From positions 106,146,001 through 106,210,000 of the forward strand of contig NC_087436.1 in NCBI RefSeq assembly GCF_036321535.1: a DNA stretch of 64,000 bases, in the 5' to 3' direction. Source of the DNA: Camelus dromedarius (lineage: Eukaryota). The translations under genes were made by a program, and so were the position numbers. Shown one piece after another: positions 51,020 to 62,241 of this stretch (its first letter is position 1; every line of letters starts with the position of its first letter). Below the pieces are notes generated by a model. That model saw nothing but the letters and a program-made list of their open reading frames with translations. It had not been told where the DNA came from and did no database searches.

Positions 51020-52640
51020 TCTGCACGTGGAGCCTTGATGATTATTGTAACCCTCTGACAGGTTCTTCTGCCTCCAATCTCTCTGCATTCCTGTCACCCA
51101 TTCTGGACACTGCTGCTTGAGTGATTTTTCTAACGTGCAAATTTGATTCTTTCAAAGCTGCTTCTTTTTTGGGGGAGGGGGGACGTAATTAGGGTTTTTT
51201 TTAAAATGGAGGTACTGGGGATGGAACCCAGGACCTCGTGTGTGCTAAGCATGCAGTCTACCCCTGAGCTATTCCCTCCCCTGCTTCTTTTTCTTTTCTT
51301 TCTTTATTTTTTAAAGCAAACTCAGGTTTCTTCAGGAATCAAGTGTACCAAAGGCATGAATCCGATTAGGTACGATGGCATTTAGGATGATGAGGAGAGC
51401 ATACCCCATCTGAGAAGAGCGGTGCTCTTCTGGCTAATGGGAAAGTCAGCCCAGCTTCTTAAGGAAATCAGAGATCCCTCTTTATGCAAAATGTCTTGAT
51501 TCTGAAAACCACGCATGGGCCAAACTGCATCTGTGCATAGCCTTTGAATCCCAGGCTTATCGTCACTTGCTGGCCCCCATTGGACCTCAAGATAATGTCC
51601 AAACTCTTCAGCATGGAATATGCAACTCTTAATATAAATCGGGGCTTTGTTTCCTTGCTTATCTCCTAGCCTGCACTCCATTCCCATCAGTCCCGATGCT
51701 ATTCACACTGAACCAAGTACAGTAAAAACCTTCAATAGTGCAATCAGTGGGTTCCAAAAAGTCAACTGTGCAGAATGAGGCGGGTAGGGGCTTTGGCTCG
51801 GAGGTGGATAAATTGACGAGGAGAGCCAGTGCAGTGAGGCACATAGGTTTCAGGGAGTTTTCTGCAAGATCCAAATCCACCCCAGTCCTACCTGCAGTTT
51901 GGTACCACCTGGTAGCAGAGGTCTACTCCGGCTAGCTCTTGATGGGAACCATGCTGGTTGGCTGGGACTTTCAGGATAACAGCAGTGATTCCAGGAATCT
52001 TAGATGGTTGTCAGCTATTACTTTGGCCCTCTCTGGAGAAATTGGGATGGGAGAATACTTGGCATATGGGATCCAGTGTCAGCCTCTCTTTATGTGTGTG
52101 AATGCCGTTTGCATGCACACATATACAGGCAGACACAAAGACACACACACACACACACAGAGCAGAGAACTTCAGCTGTCTCCACTTGAGAACTGGGTCT
52201 GGAGAGAGGGGAGGATCTGATTCTTAATTATGTTCAAATTCACATTATTGCACGACATGTTATCCTGGGATTTTCCTGTCCCTGCAGTTCCTCAAATGTC
52301 AGCACTAAGCTGTGTTTAGCCTCTGGGCCTTTGTAAGGGCTGCTCTGTCTGGTGGCATCACTCTGCTTAACTCCTCTTAATTTTTTAGGATTCAGTTTCT
52401 ATTTAACCACCTCTTTGAAGACCTCTCCGAGTCCCTAGGAGGAGTCATTTACTTCCTCTTCAGGATTCTTGGTACATCTGAACAACTTATCACATCTCTG
52501 TAATTGGTTCCTTCCACTCTGCGTCCCAGGTTAGCTCTAAGTTGCTCAGGGACAGGGACCATATTCTTGGTACTCTTGTCTTTTCTCAATGCCTTGGGGT
52601 ACCTAGCAAGTCCTCAGTAAGTGTTTGTTGAATGACAGAA
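51020..52640 (+). mobile_element. Fragmented L2 (pieces at about 51020-51150, 51560-51720 and 52270-52640)
   Basis: CCTCCAATCTC...GAGTGATTTTTCTAA; GTCCAAACTCTTCAGCATGG; CTGGGCCTTTG...CAGGGACAGGGACCAT...CTCAGTAAGTGTTTGTTGAATGA, in L2 order. Confidence 0.65.
51170..51281 (-). mobile_element. Vic-1-type SINE (camelid)
   Basis: Reverse complement GGGGAGGGAATAGCTCAGGGGTAGACTGCATGCTTAGCACACACGAGGTCCTGGGTTCCATCCCCAGTACCTCC...CCTAATTACGTCCCCC; TSD CTGCTTCTTTTT at 51158-51169 and 51281-51292. Confidence 0.92.
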
Positions 52641-52714
52641 GAATGGAAGTGAAATGTAGCTAAATGGCTGCAGAGAAGCTTGCTAAAAGTAAGAATGAAG
52701 CAATCTGGTTGAAA

Positions 52715-52935
52715 AAATATATTTATAATATATATGAGTATATATTTTATATAATGACATATACAGTGTATAATATAATATAAAGTAGTATAATGTATAA
52801 TTTTATATAGTATGTAATTATGTAATATGTAAAATTATATATAATTATCATATATAGTTAGTAATTATATATCAATGTTATAGTCATTATATATATTATA
52901 GATGTAAAATTATAAATTATATAATATATATATAT
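52715..52935. repeat. (TA)-rich low-complexity tract
   Basis: About 220 bp of near-pure A/T with TATA repeats. Confidence 0.9.
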
Positions 52936-54182
52936 TCTGGCTCCTAAAGAGGAGTTAAGAAGTGAGCATACCTTCCTCTTCACCCCGTCCATCAGCAACA
53001 TTATTCTGCATTTTAGTTTTGTCCTGAACTTCCTGGCCCAGAATGAGGGTCTCCATGAGTGAGGCCTTTCTTGCTGCTTCCTGGCTTGGCCCAAAGTCAG
53101 ATGCAGCAGAAAGAAACCTCACAAATAGGCCTGCTCTTGCCAGGTCGCCAGCCAAATTGTGAAGACTTGACACGCTCGTTGAAGTTCTAAGCACATGACA
53201 CACCGGCCCCAAGCTTCCTGCCATCCCCTTCCCCTCCCCTCCCCCTCCAACGTGAGAATTAAAGTTCCTCAGTGCACTTCCTCCCCCCTCAACTTTTCCA
53301 CTCACTTTGAGTCACCGTCAGTGACGTGCTCTTCCCAGTCACTTGGAGTCTTGAGTCTTGCTAAAACGAGGTTCTCAGGAACAAAGGGAACTCAAGTTCA
53401 GGGTTAAGATGCTAAAATCAGATTGTTCTCCTCTGGCAGTAAATTGGTATGCCACTGTCACCACTGCCGCAGATAAAATTAACCATGCGTTGAAATTATT
53501 GCAATAGGCAGTGTCATCAAAGCTTATTTGTAATGAAAATATGATGTTTCAAACCTAAACTCAGGAGTATAATGAATGTAGGACCATATGTTTCCCTCCC
53601 ACGTAGGGCTGCAGAGAGGAGATGCTGTTTAAAATACAGAGCTGTGGATGAGGCTTGTGGTTTTCTCTGTATTCCTCGCCTCTGGTCACCCTGTGAGTTG
53701 TCTGGAAAGAGTAGGGGGCAGATCAGGGGTGCCCAGGCCTGCCAGGGATGGCTCCTGTGCCTGCGGTGGTGCCCGCGGGGTCCCTGGCTTGATCGGCTGG
53801 TCTCATTCAGTGGCAGCTGTCTGAGTCCTTAGTGATGTCTTCCTGGTTGCTAGCAGTTGCGTTGAAGCAGCTATTATAATCAGGAGAAGGAGCAGGGAGC
53901 GACTGGAGGTGAACTCCGGTGGGTGTGACCCCTGAGACTCACAATCAGGCTCAGAGGTTCCCGAGGGGGGAGTTAGTTGGTATTCTAACTTGTTTGAAAC
54001 ACAGGGATGGAGAAAGAAGATTTCATTCCAATAGCCAGAAGCCCGTGTTCTTTCTCACTGGCCTTTTCTTCGCCAAAGCTGGCTCTCTGCAGGGGCTGAC
54101 CATTGTCCCGTGACAGTGAGCGTCAGCCACCCAGGGGCTTGGGCTCTGACGCAGCACACAGGAGGGCCCAGATGTGGAACCC

Positions 54183-54290
54183 TGAATCCTCACAGTAACT
54201 CTGACTGGCAGCAATTACTACCTCTGTTTTAAAAAACTGAGGTAAGGAAACTGAGGACCAGAGAGGTTAGGCAGCTTGCCGAAATGACGG
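54183..54290 (-). mobile_element. MIR fragment
   Basis: AATCCTCACAG...GGAAACTGAGGACCAGAGAGGTTAGGCAGCTTGCC. Confidence 0.75.
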
Positions 54291-54334
54291 CCAGCAACCT
54301 GAATTATTTCATGCTTGTTACTGCTGGAGACAGA

Positions 54335-54500
54335 AAAGCAGACGAGTCTAACAGACCCGGTTAGAATCCTGGCTTTGCCATTTAAAAGCTAGAAGTCCTT
54401 GAGCAAGTTACATACGCTCTCGGTCTTGATTTTCTCATCTTTAAAATGGGAACAATGCTTATCTCAAAATTCTTATGAGATTAAATGAGAGATTGCACTT
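54335..54500 (+). mobile_element. MIR SINE
   Basis: AGACCCGGTTAGAATCCTGGCTTTGCCA...CCTTGAGCAAGTTAC...TTTCTCATCTTTAAAATGGG...ATGAGATTAAATGAGA. Confidence 0.85.
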
Positions 54501-56112
54501 AATGGACAGGAACCAGGTATCCTTATGTCTTGATTATGAATGTCATTCTGTTGCGTCTGCTGGGGTCTGTGAAGTGACTCTGCTGTCTCTGAGCTACCCC
54601 TACCTACATCCCTGCCGGCCAGCCTGGTTGGGGGGGACCAGATGGTAGTGTTAAATGTCTACTTCAGAAGAGTTTCTTGCAAAGATGAAATGAGGCAATG
54701 TTTCTGGTGCATAGCAGGTCTTCTGTGCCTGTGAGATTTTTTTCCCCTCTCCTACTCTCAGCTGCCTTCCTCTGGTACTTACATGGCTCTCAGGCCTCTT
54801 ACAGTGGCATCTGTCCCGGGTATTCTTGTAACCTAAGAAGGGGACTCTTAGGACCAGGAAAGTGTTTAAGACTCAAGGAATATGTTTCCGATGGAGGAAG
54901 TTCAGGGCCCTTTCACAAGTGTAAGAATGATTTTGGATGTGTTTAATAGTGAGTGAAGGCGGAGGGGCCAGAGATGGCTCAGGCAGGACACATCTCCTGA
55001 ACTGGTTCTAGATACATAGAAATGGGTAAAATCATCCATTTTTTCCTTTCTTTCTCTCCCTGTGAAAACATGCACCCTATTACCCAAATTAAAGTCCTCC
55101 AAAAATTTCAGTTGCTATTTATAATCAATCTCTTTCTCGCTCGCTCGGTCGCTTGCTTGCTTGCTTTTGGCCAAGTGTGTATGTTATAAAGTTGGGCCAG
55201 TCTTCAGCCTTTCCTTATGTTTGTTAAAATAATGAAGTGCAAATGAAAAGGTGGTCGTTGTGGGTCCCTCCTACATATCCCTTTGATTCCCTGACAGTTT
55301 CTTCAGTGGCCACAGAGCAGCCCCTGTATCTTTCCTCCCTTTAGTTTTACAAATGAAAAAATTGACAGGGCACATTCTTTTCTTCTCAACCCAGGGCTTT
55401 CAGGTTTCGTGCAACAGTTAATTGGGGGTAAACATTCTGAGTGTTTCTGGTGAAGATGTGGAATTGAGAGCCAAAAAGGGTCCTACTTTGGACCTGACTC
55501 TTAGCTCTTCGACTGAGAGGTTCTGTTACCCAGCAGTGGGGGCAGCGGTGGGGGTCGCGCTTGGGGGCGGCAGGAGGAACACATCCGTGTCTCATCTTCT
55601 TGGTTTTGATCAATCGTCTTTTAGAAAGGTTTTCTGACAAAGAGCCTCCCCCATGGCATCAGGGAAAGCAGGCTTGGCATTCCATTTTATGTTGAGACAA
55701 TGCAAAACAAAATCCCTCCCCGATGACTGCCTGATAAAGGAATAAATTGACTGTACAAGGTGATGCGTCTGCTAGGTCATTCTCGCCGATGCACTAGAAA
55801 TACCTTCTATTAAGAACAAAATGGGGACAAATTTGTCATGCGCCTTTTGTTATTTTTAGATTGCATTGACATTTTTTCCCCCCAGGTTGGAGCCTATTAT
55901 CCTGAACTTCCTAATAAACAGGACTGACTTAGAAACGTTTCATTGTGTTGACCTTTACTTAATTTTCTATGCAAAAATGAAAAAAACTATTATGGAGGAC
56001 CAATCAACACTTTAAACATCCCATGTGTATATGCGGTACTTATAAATAGATGTGGATATGGCTTTTGAGTGTATTTTTATCAGCTTGTTTAAGGGTAAAA
56101 GGCTTATTTAAA

Positions 56113-56154
<42 letters not shown>
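56113..56154. repeat. Compound (AT)6(GT)15 microsatellite
   Basis: Read directly. Confidence 0.95.
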
Positions 56155-56155
<1 letters not shown>

Positions 56156-56589
56156 TATATTTATCTGTTTCTGGGAATGGGGTAAAATGGTTCATTTAGG
56201 ACCATTGTGGTTCTAAGAGATCACGTGGTTGCTAAAATGATAAAACCGGGGAGTGTTCTAAAAATAATAATATTCCACTGTGGCTTGCCTTTGGTGAGAG
56301 CTCTGCGTAGGACAATTAGACAGAAATGATATTCGGTTGTCAATTTCCTCTTTAGCAGAAGGCAGTGGCCGGCAGTGGAGCTAAAAGTGTTTGCAGGGCC
56401 AGAGAAACGCCACAAGGAGAAGCCAACGTCGGGGAGAAGCACCTTTTAACGTTTGGGATTTTTTTCTTTTTAATTTTCTTCAAACGTTAAAACTGTAGGA
56501 GGGTGGGTAACGCAGCTGTTCTTTGTAGCTTCTCTCCTGGCAGGATGACAAGAGAATCAGAGAGCTGCTGGGATCCCTGACTTGGCCCA

Positions 56590-57010
56590 TAAATAGCGGC
56601 AAAGTGCTTGGTTTTGAAATGCCTGTGTAGCTCATTGACCGCGCGCGATGGCTGGGATGCTAATGGTTTATGTGGCCTGCAGGTGACAGGAAGATTTCTG
56701 CAGGCAGGACTTTGTTGTAAATTCCGTCTGCCGCGCCGCCTCCTCCCATCAGAGGTGGTTTCCAAGTGATCACAGGCTTTTTGAGTTACGGCGAGGGGCC
56801 CCGAGATGAATGATGGGTCGGTCTAACACAGCTGTTGCTCGCGCGGTGAGGGATTCCAGAGGACGCATAAAAAGAGATTGTGCTGGGAGATGTGAGGATT
56901 CGACGCGAGGTCCGACTTGTGTCACAGAGCGGGGACTTTTGTGATGACGCCATAAGAAGTGCTGAGAACTTTTAGGTTACTGTTCCAGAACGGCAGCGGA
57001 CGTGAGGCTA
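56590..57010. promoter_or_regulatory. CpG-retaining unique segment; candidate enhancer or orphan CpG island
   Basis: About 26 CpGs in about 420 bp by hand count (CCGCGCGCG, CCGCGCCG, TCGCGCG, TCGACGCG), no repeat recognised. The regulatory function is inferred. Confidence 0.5.
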
Positions 57011-57489
57011 ATTCAGCCAACACGTATTGATCTTCCTTATTATGCCTATTTATTATTAATAGCAATTAGGTCTTGTTCCTACAGGGACTTTAGTTCCACT
57101 GCGTGCTCTTATCTTTTATCTCATTTTATCCTCATACCAAGTGGCAGATATTTATAGAGGGGGTGGTGTCCTTTTCAGGGGAGCCACCGGACTCCTTTTG
57201 CAGTACCGTTGCGTGCCAGGAGCTGTTGAAAGTTAATTAAAAAGACGCATTCTCTGCGCACTAGGTGCTTCCAGGCCAAAGAGATGAGACAACCTCAGTT
57301 GCTAAACCTGTAATAGCTGTCTTCCAAAAGGCCCTTTACAAGTTAAAAAAAAAAAGGGTAAAAGGTTTTTTTTGGCGGGGAGGGGTTGCTGTTGTTCATC
57401 TTGGTGGACTTGCTCCTAGAGAAAGAACGTTGATAAACAACAAAACATCCAAGGACATTAGTCCACATTTGGCCCTGTCCTAGCTGGCA

Positions 57490-57650
57490 CCTCGCATGCA
57501 TTCCCTCACTTAATGCTCACAGCAACCTGGCAGCGTTGGTTTGACTCTTCGTTCTGTTTTACCAAAGAGGAAACTGCAGCACAGAATGAGCCCAAGGCCA
57601 CGCAGCTGGAAAAGGCATTGGCAGAACCCAAATCCAGGCCATTTGGTCTT
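57490..57650 (-). mobile_element. MIR SINE
   Basis: CTCACTTAATGCTCACAGCAACC...TTTTACCAAAGAGGAAACTG...CCCAAGGCCACGCAGCT. Confidence 0.8.
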
Positions 57651-58084
57651 GGAAAAGTATAAAGCTCTCTACTGACGGGGATGTTACTACCTTATGGTTC
57701 CAAAAAGCTTTCTGGTAATTCCCCTGCTCAGTACAGACGCCATCCTTTCAGGATCTAGAACGATTTCTTTCCGATGACAATTTACCAACTTTACTGTGTA
57801 GTTACTTATTTGTTTTAATTTGTAAAGACCAGCAGAGAGCCCAGTGGGAAATTCAGTACAGTTCTAAGGCTGGGCTTCCCAAGGGCCACTCGGAGCTCTG
57901 TACCAAAGCAGGAGACGGAATCGTTTAATCTGAAGAGTGAGGGGCTGTGGCATAGGGGAGAGGTGGAAAGGGAGTCTGAGGTCTGAGTTGGAGACTCCAG
58001 TGAGTTTCACAAAATCCTTTCTGGGCTGTAGCTTCACCCCTTGTAAAATTGGAACCATCATACTCGACTTGCCTGTCTCATCAC

Positions 58085-58495
58085 GTTTCTGGACCTGCTG
58101 GAATTTTTCACTCCTCTGAACTTTTGCCTGGGCTGTTCCCTCTGCCAGGAGTGCCCTTCCCAGATCTTGGCATGGCCTGGCTGTCCCTCATCAGACTCAC
58201 ACATCAGCTACCAGAAAAATCTTCCTTGACCACATGACTAAAGTGGCCGTCCTCTACTCTTGAGCTTTTATTGCATTATTTTCCTTCATATTTCTGTTTA
58301 TTCAATTCTTACTAGACCTACTGCTTTTAGAAACAATCTTTTGCTTACTTGTTGATCATCTGTGACCCCAAATGCCCTAGTGTCAGCTCCTGAAAGCAGG
58401 GACGTGACTATCTTGTTAATGACTAATTCCAGTGTTGAGAACTGTGCCTGGAGCAGAGAGGGCACTTGATAAATATTTGTTGAAAGAAGAAAGGA
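58085..58495 (+). mobile_element. L2 (L2a-like) 3' region
   Basis: GCTGTTCCCTCTGCCAGGA...CTTCCTTGACCAC...CAGCTCCTGAAAGCAGGGAC...ACTGTGCCTGG...GATAAATATTTGTTGAA. Confidence 0.88.
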
Positions 58496-60393
58496 GCAAA
58501 TGACTAAATTAGTTACTTGTTGAAGAATTATTTGTGATAAAGTAAACAGATATCATATATACAAATTAATGTAAATATCAAGCACAAATACAATGACAAC
58601 ACGAGATCTGCGTAGGACATTTGGACACAGCCAGGTGCTCCATCAGAAGATGCGCCCAGGTGGCTGCATAAAGACTTTTCTCTCATCTGCTTGTGTCGGT
58701 TCTGGTAACTGGAATGCAAGATAATAGCTAACTTAAAATTAAAAAGCCTCTTCCCCCAGCCCTGTGCTTATCATAATGCTGGAATCGAGTTAGTCAATTT
58801 CTTGGATATGTTCTTGATTGGAATTGAATAAAAATCAATGCAAAGTGAAGCCCTAAGCCTTCCCTTAGATCTTCCTGTCGACAGAGTTTCATGTCTCTGA
58901 TCTTACCAGGGAGGACAATCAAAGGGATTATGTGTTGGGTCAGTCTTTGGATAAAAGGAAACTCAAGAATAGCCCTTAATGATTTCCTAACACTTGGTCA
59001 GCATGAAAGTGCTCCGTGGTTGGTGTATGAAAACGATCGCGCTTCTGGTAGCTTAGGGTTCTAATTTCACCGGGAGCTGGTTAAAGAGCCTCTTCGGTAC
59101 ACTGGCACTTGGCGTTCTGTTTTCACTGAAATAATATGAATCCTGGTTGCTATTGTTCAGAACCAGAAGGCCCTCCAAATATGGGATACACTTGCAAAAA
59201 AGATTGAAACTGAGATGTTTGTCTCCACAAATCACATGGGCAGAATTATATCTGTCAAGATACTCCATTTTTGTTTTTTTGCAAGGCACAGGATTTTCCT
59301 AAGCATGTGTGACTGTCTTTGCTACCTACCCTTTACCAGAAAAATGTTTATTTAAATATTGTACCATCCCCACAAGCACTTTTATTATTTACCGATTTAA
59401 AAAAATGACATCATTACTTTTCTCCTGAATTTTTTAAAGCGACAATTGTGCAATTAAATTACTGAATTCATTTATATTTAATTGTGCTTTTGGTTTTAAT
59501 GTGCTATTGGACGACATTTCTTTCTGAGGCTGTTAGTTTTCCATGCAACACGGAGAATCTAAGGCTATATCAAGGAAATATATTACATGGGCAAGACAAA
59601 GTCTCATTAGCGTTATTTATAGCATGCTGAAACCTCATTAGGGGAAGGTATGCTGGATTCAAAAATGCATTACCGGGAACGCTTTATTTTTTGTACTGGA
59701 GAAATTGCTTTTATTGTGTTTCTTTGTCACAAGCATAGTGGCTACTGGACATTTTGGTTTCTTAAAGTATGAAATAAATTAAGTTAGAGGAAAAGAGTAA
59801 TTAATCCGCTAGCAAGGATAGCCTCATCATATTAGCAGAATGGCCTACCCATGGTTCTAAGGAATTTCTATTTCCCCACGAACCTCACCCTCGCCCAGCC
59901 ATTAATTTATAACTAGTTTCACCTCAGGTAAAAAGCGGTATTTTTCAGGGCAGTAGTTTGCATCTTAAACAGTAATAATGTGCTTTTAGTGCATTTCAAA
60001 TCAGGGATGAGTGAAACTTGAGGTGCAGAGTCACAAATTGCCCAATTTAGGAAGTTCCGTTTGTTCTAATGTGAGCCATCTATTCAAGCCTGCGTAAATA
60101 TTGTCCAGGAGGGATGCAGGAGGACTGTGATTTGAGGCAAATGGGAACAAAGGAATGAGTCCCTGAGTTGTCAGTCTCAGGAATGAAACTCATTTGGAGC
60201 GTGTGGTTGCCTGATGAGATGGAGCACGGAGGCGCTGGATGACTGCAGTTAAAATTCTGCTTTTCCCCCCCAAGACTTCACCTTGCTGCAGGGTGGGGGT
60301 AGTGGAAGTCATTCAGACCCAGCCACTAATTTCTCTCCTCCATTATCATCCTGGCTGTGGTTGTTTATAGTCATCTGTCTTTGAGTGAAAGGC

Positions 60394-60955
60394 TGTATCA
60401 GTTAGGAATAATTTCCACTGTAAGATTCAGAAAATCCAACTAATAGTTGTTTACGACATTAAGTACATCTATTATTTACTTTACAGGAGAGCTAGGTAGT
60501 CTCAGGTTTGTTTATTAGCTCAGCAGTGTTATTAAGAATCCAGGTTCTTTCCATCCCTCTTCTCTGATGTTCTTAGCTTTTTCTCTCTATGCCTATTGCC
60601 ACATGGTCTCAAGATAGCTGCCACAGCTCAAAGTATCACATCCTTATGCTGTGTTGCAAGCAGAAAGGGAAAGGCAGTGGCAAAAGTCTTATAAATTGTA
60701 TCTTTTCCTTTTTCCCATAGAGAGGAATCTCCTCCCTCAAACTCTGCAGGGTTCTTCTTAAGTTTAATTGATCAGAACTGGTCCACTTGTCCCTCTCTTC
60801 CCCCAAACAAATGACTGATGAGCAATAAAACTACTAGGGTTGGACTATGGCATGGAAGGGATCCCTGCCCCCTAAGACAAAGGGTACTCTTGGCAAGGAA
60901 AAAGTGGGGATATGGCTATTGGATAATGAATACCCAGTTTTTGTTATCTGCCTTT
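60394..60955 (-). mobile_element. Old MaLR solo LTR (MLT1J/K/L-like)
   Basis: TGTATCAGTTAGGA...CCAGGTTCTTTCCATC...ATGGTCTCAAGATAGCTGCCACAGCTC...ATCACATCC...ATTGATCAGAACTGG...GGCTATTGG. Confidence 0.8.
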
Positions 60956-61084
60956 TTAGCCACAAAACAATCTATAAGATCTTGTCTGTTGGTTTTGCTC
61001 AGTAAATATTTCTACAAGTGACATTTGTGATCTTGCTCCCAAGGCCACGGCAGAGATTTTCTCATCTATCCTTCCTCTTTCCTT

Positions 61085-61350
61085 CCATTCATCCATCCAT
61101 CTGCCCACCTACTGATCTACCAAATATTAGAGGAATAGCTACTACATACTAGGTACGTATTAACTGCTTTGTGGGGCAGAGGACTAAGCCAGAGATGGAT
61201 TCTGCTCTAAAAGGAACCCTGCTGTATTTTGGAAATTAAACACATACTTAAATAACTGTAACTCAAGGTAGAAAATAGGAATTGGCCTGGGAGTTCAGAA
61301 GTGGGAGAGCAAGAAAAGCTTTCTGAAATAAGATGGGATTTGAGCATTTT
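61085..61350 (-). mobile_element. L2 3' remnant
   Basis: CCATTCATCCATCC tail; CAAATATTAGAG...CTACTACATACTAGG; AAAGCTTTCTGAAATAAGATGGGATTTGAGC. Confidence 0.5.
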
Positions 61351-61761
61351 ATATATTATTAACACCCATATTAAACATAATGGCCCATTCTGCAACTTTC
61401 TCATTGGAAAAAATGTCCATGATTCTCTCAGGAGTTATTTTTGACAGCTTCTCTTGCCCCAGCTTCCTGTGGCCGCCAGGGACACACGTCTGGGTGAGTG
61501 GTCTCTGGTTAAGGACGGGGCGGTGATGGGGCAAGAGAGGGGTCTGGGTGTTCTTTCGCCTCACTTGGTAATGAGTGCGTCTGAACTTGTGGATGAATTG
61601 GGTGGCTGGTTTTGATGAGATTGCTATTGAAATTATGTTGCGATGACTCCAAGGGATGCATCCAAGGCAGGATCAGTACAGCAAAAACCTAGAGAAGAAA
61701 CAGAAACCATCCGCCACATTCACAGGGATGAATGGTCATGGCACTGATGTGGTCTCTTCCT

Positions 61762-61777
61762 CCCCCCCCCCCCCCCC
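61762..61777. repeat. Poly(C) run (C16)
   Basis: Read directly. Confidence 0.9.
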
Positions 61778-61899
61778 ACCTTGGAAGCAGATAGCCCTGT
61801 ACCTGGCTACATTTCCAAGACATAATGACATAAATAGCTTCCAGGGGTATGTCTATAAATGGCCTACCTGCTAACCTAGACTTGAAGTCAGAAACCACT

Positions 61900-62241
61900 T
61901 AGGGCAGAAGGGCAACCTTGAGGCTTACAGGTCAAATCCAGCCTGTGGTCATATTTTGTTGGGTGCACATTGTGTTTTAAAAAATCATGAAATTTCCAAA
62001 AATAAAAAAAAACTCAGATTTTGGGCCTCCCCAAAAAATGGAAAGATGTATAAATTCTGGGTCCACATTTCCTCCATGGCAGTATTTGCCTAGATCTATG
62101 AAGTTGCAACTGCTTTAAACAGGGCAGGCCCTCTTCCTTCCGCCACAGTCCCTCCCCTTCTCCTTTGCCTTACGCTAGTTCTGCTGGATTTGCTTGTAGC
62201 CCCTGGTGGACAGTGAACACTTTGGAATTGGGTCTCCCTTA
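61900..62241 (+). mobile_element. MER102-like hAT-Charlie DNA transposon
   Basis: CAAATCCAGCCTG...CAGATTTT...GGAAAGATG...CTGGGTCCACATTTCCTCCATGGCA...TTTAAACAGGGCA...CGCCACAGTCCC...GCCCCTG. Confidence 0.8.

Noticed and set aside
56598..56625. miR-17/302-like seed CAAAGTGCTT
   Set aside because: Only about 10 nt match and I see no complementary arm to form a pre-miRNA hairpin.
56939..56966. C/D-box snoRNA (GTGATGA...CTGA)
   Set aside because: The boxes are only about 15 nt apart, too close for a snoRNA, and there is no convincing terminal stem.
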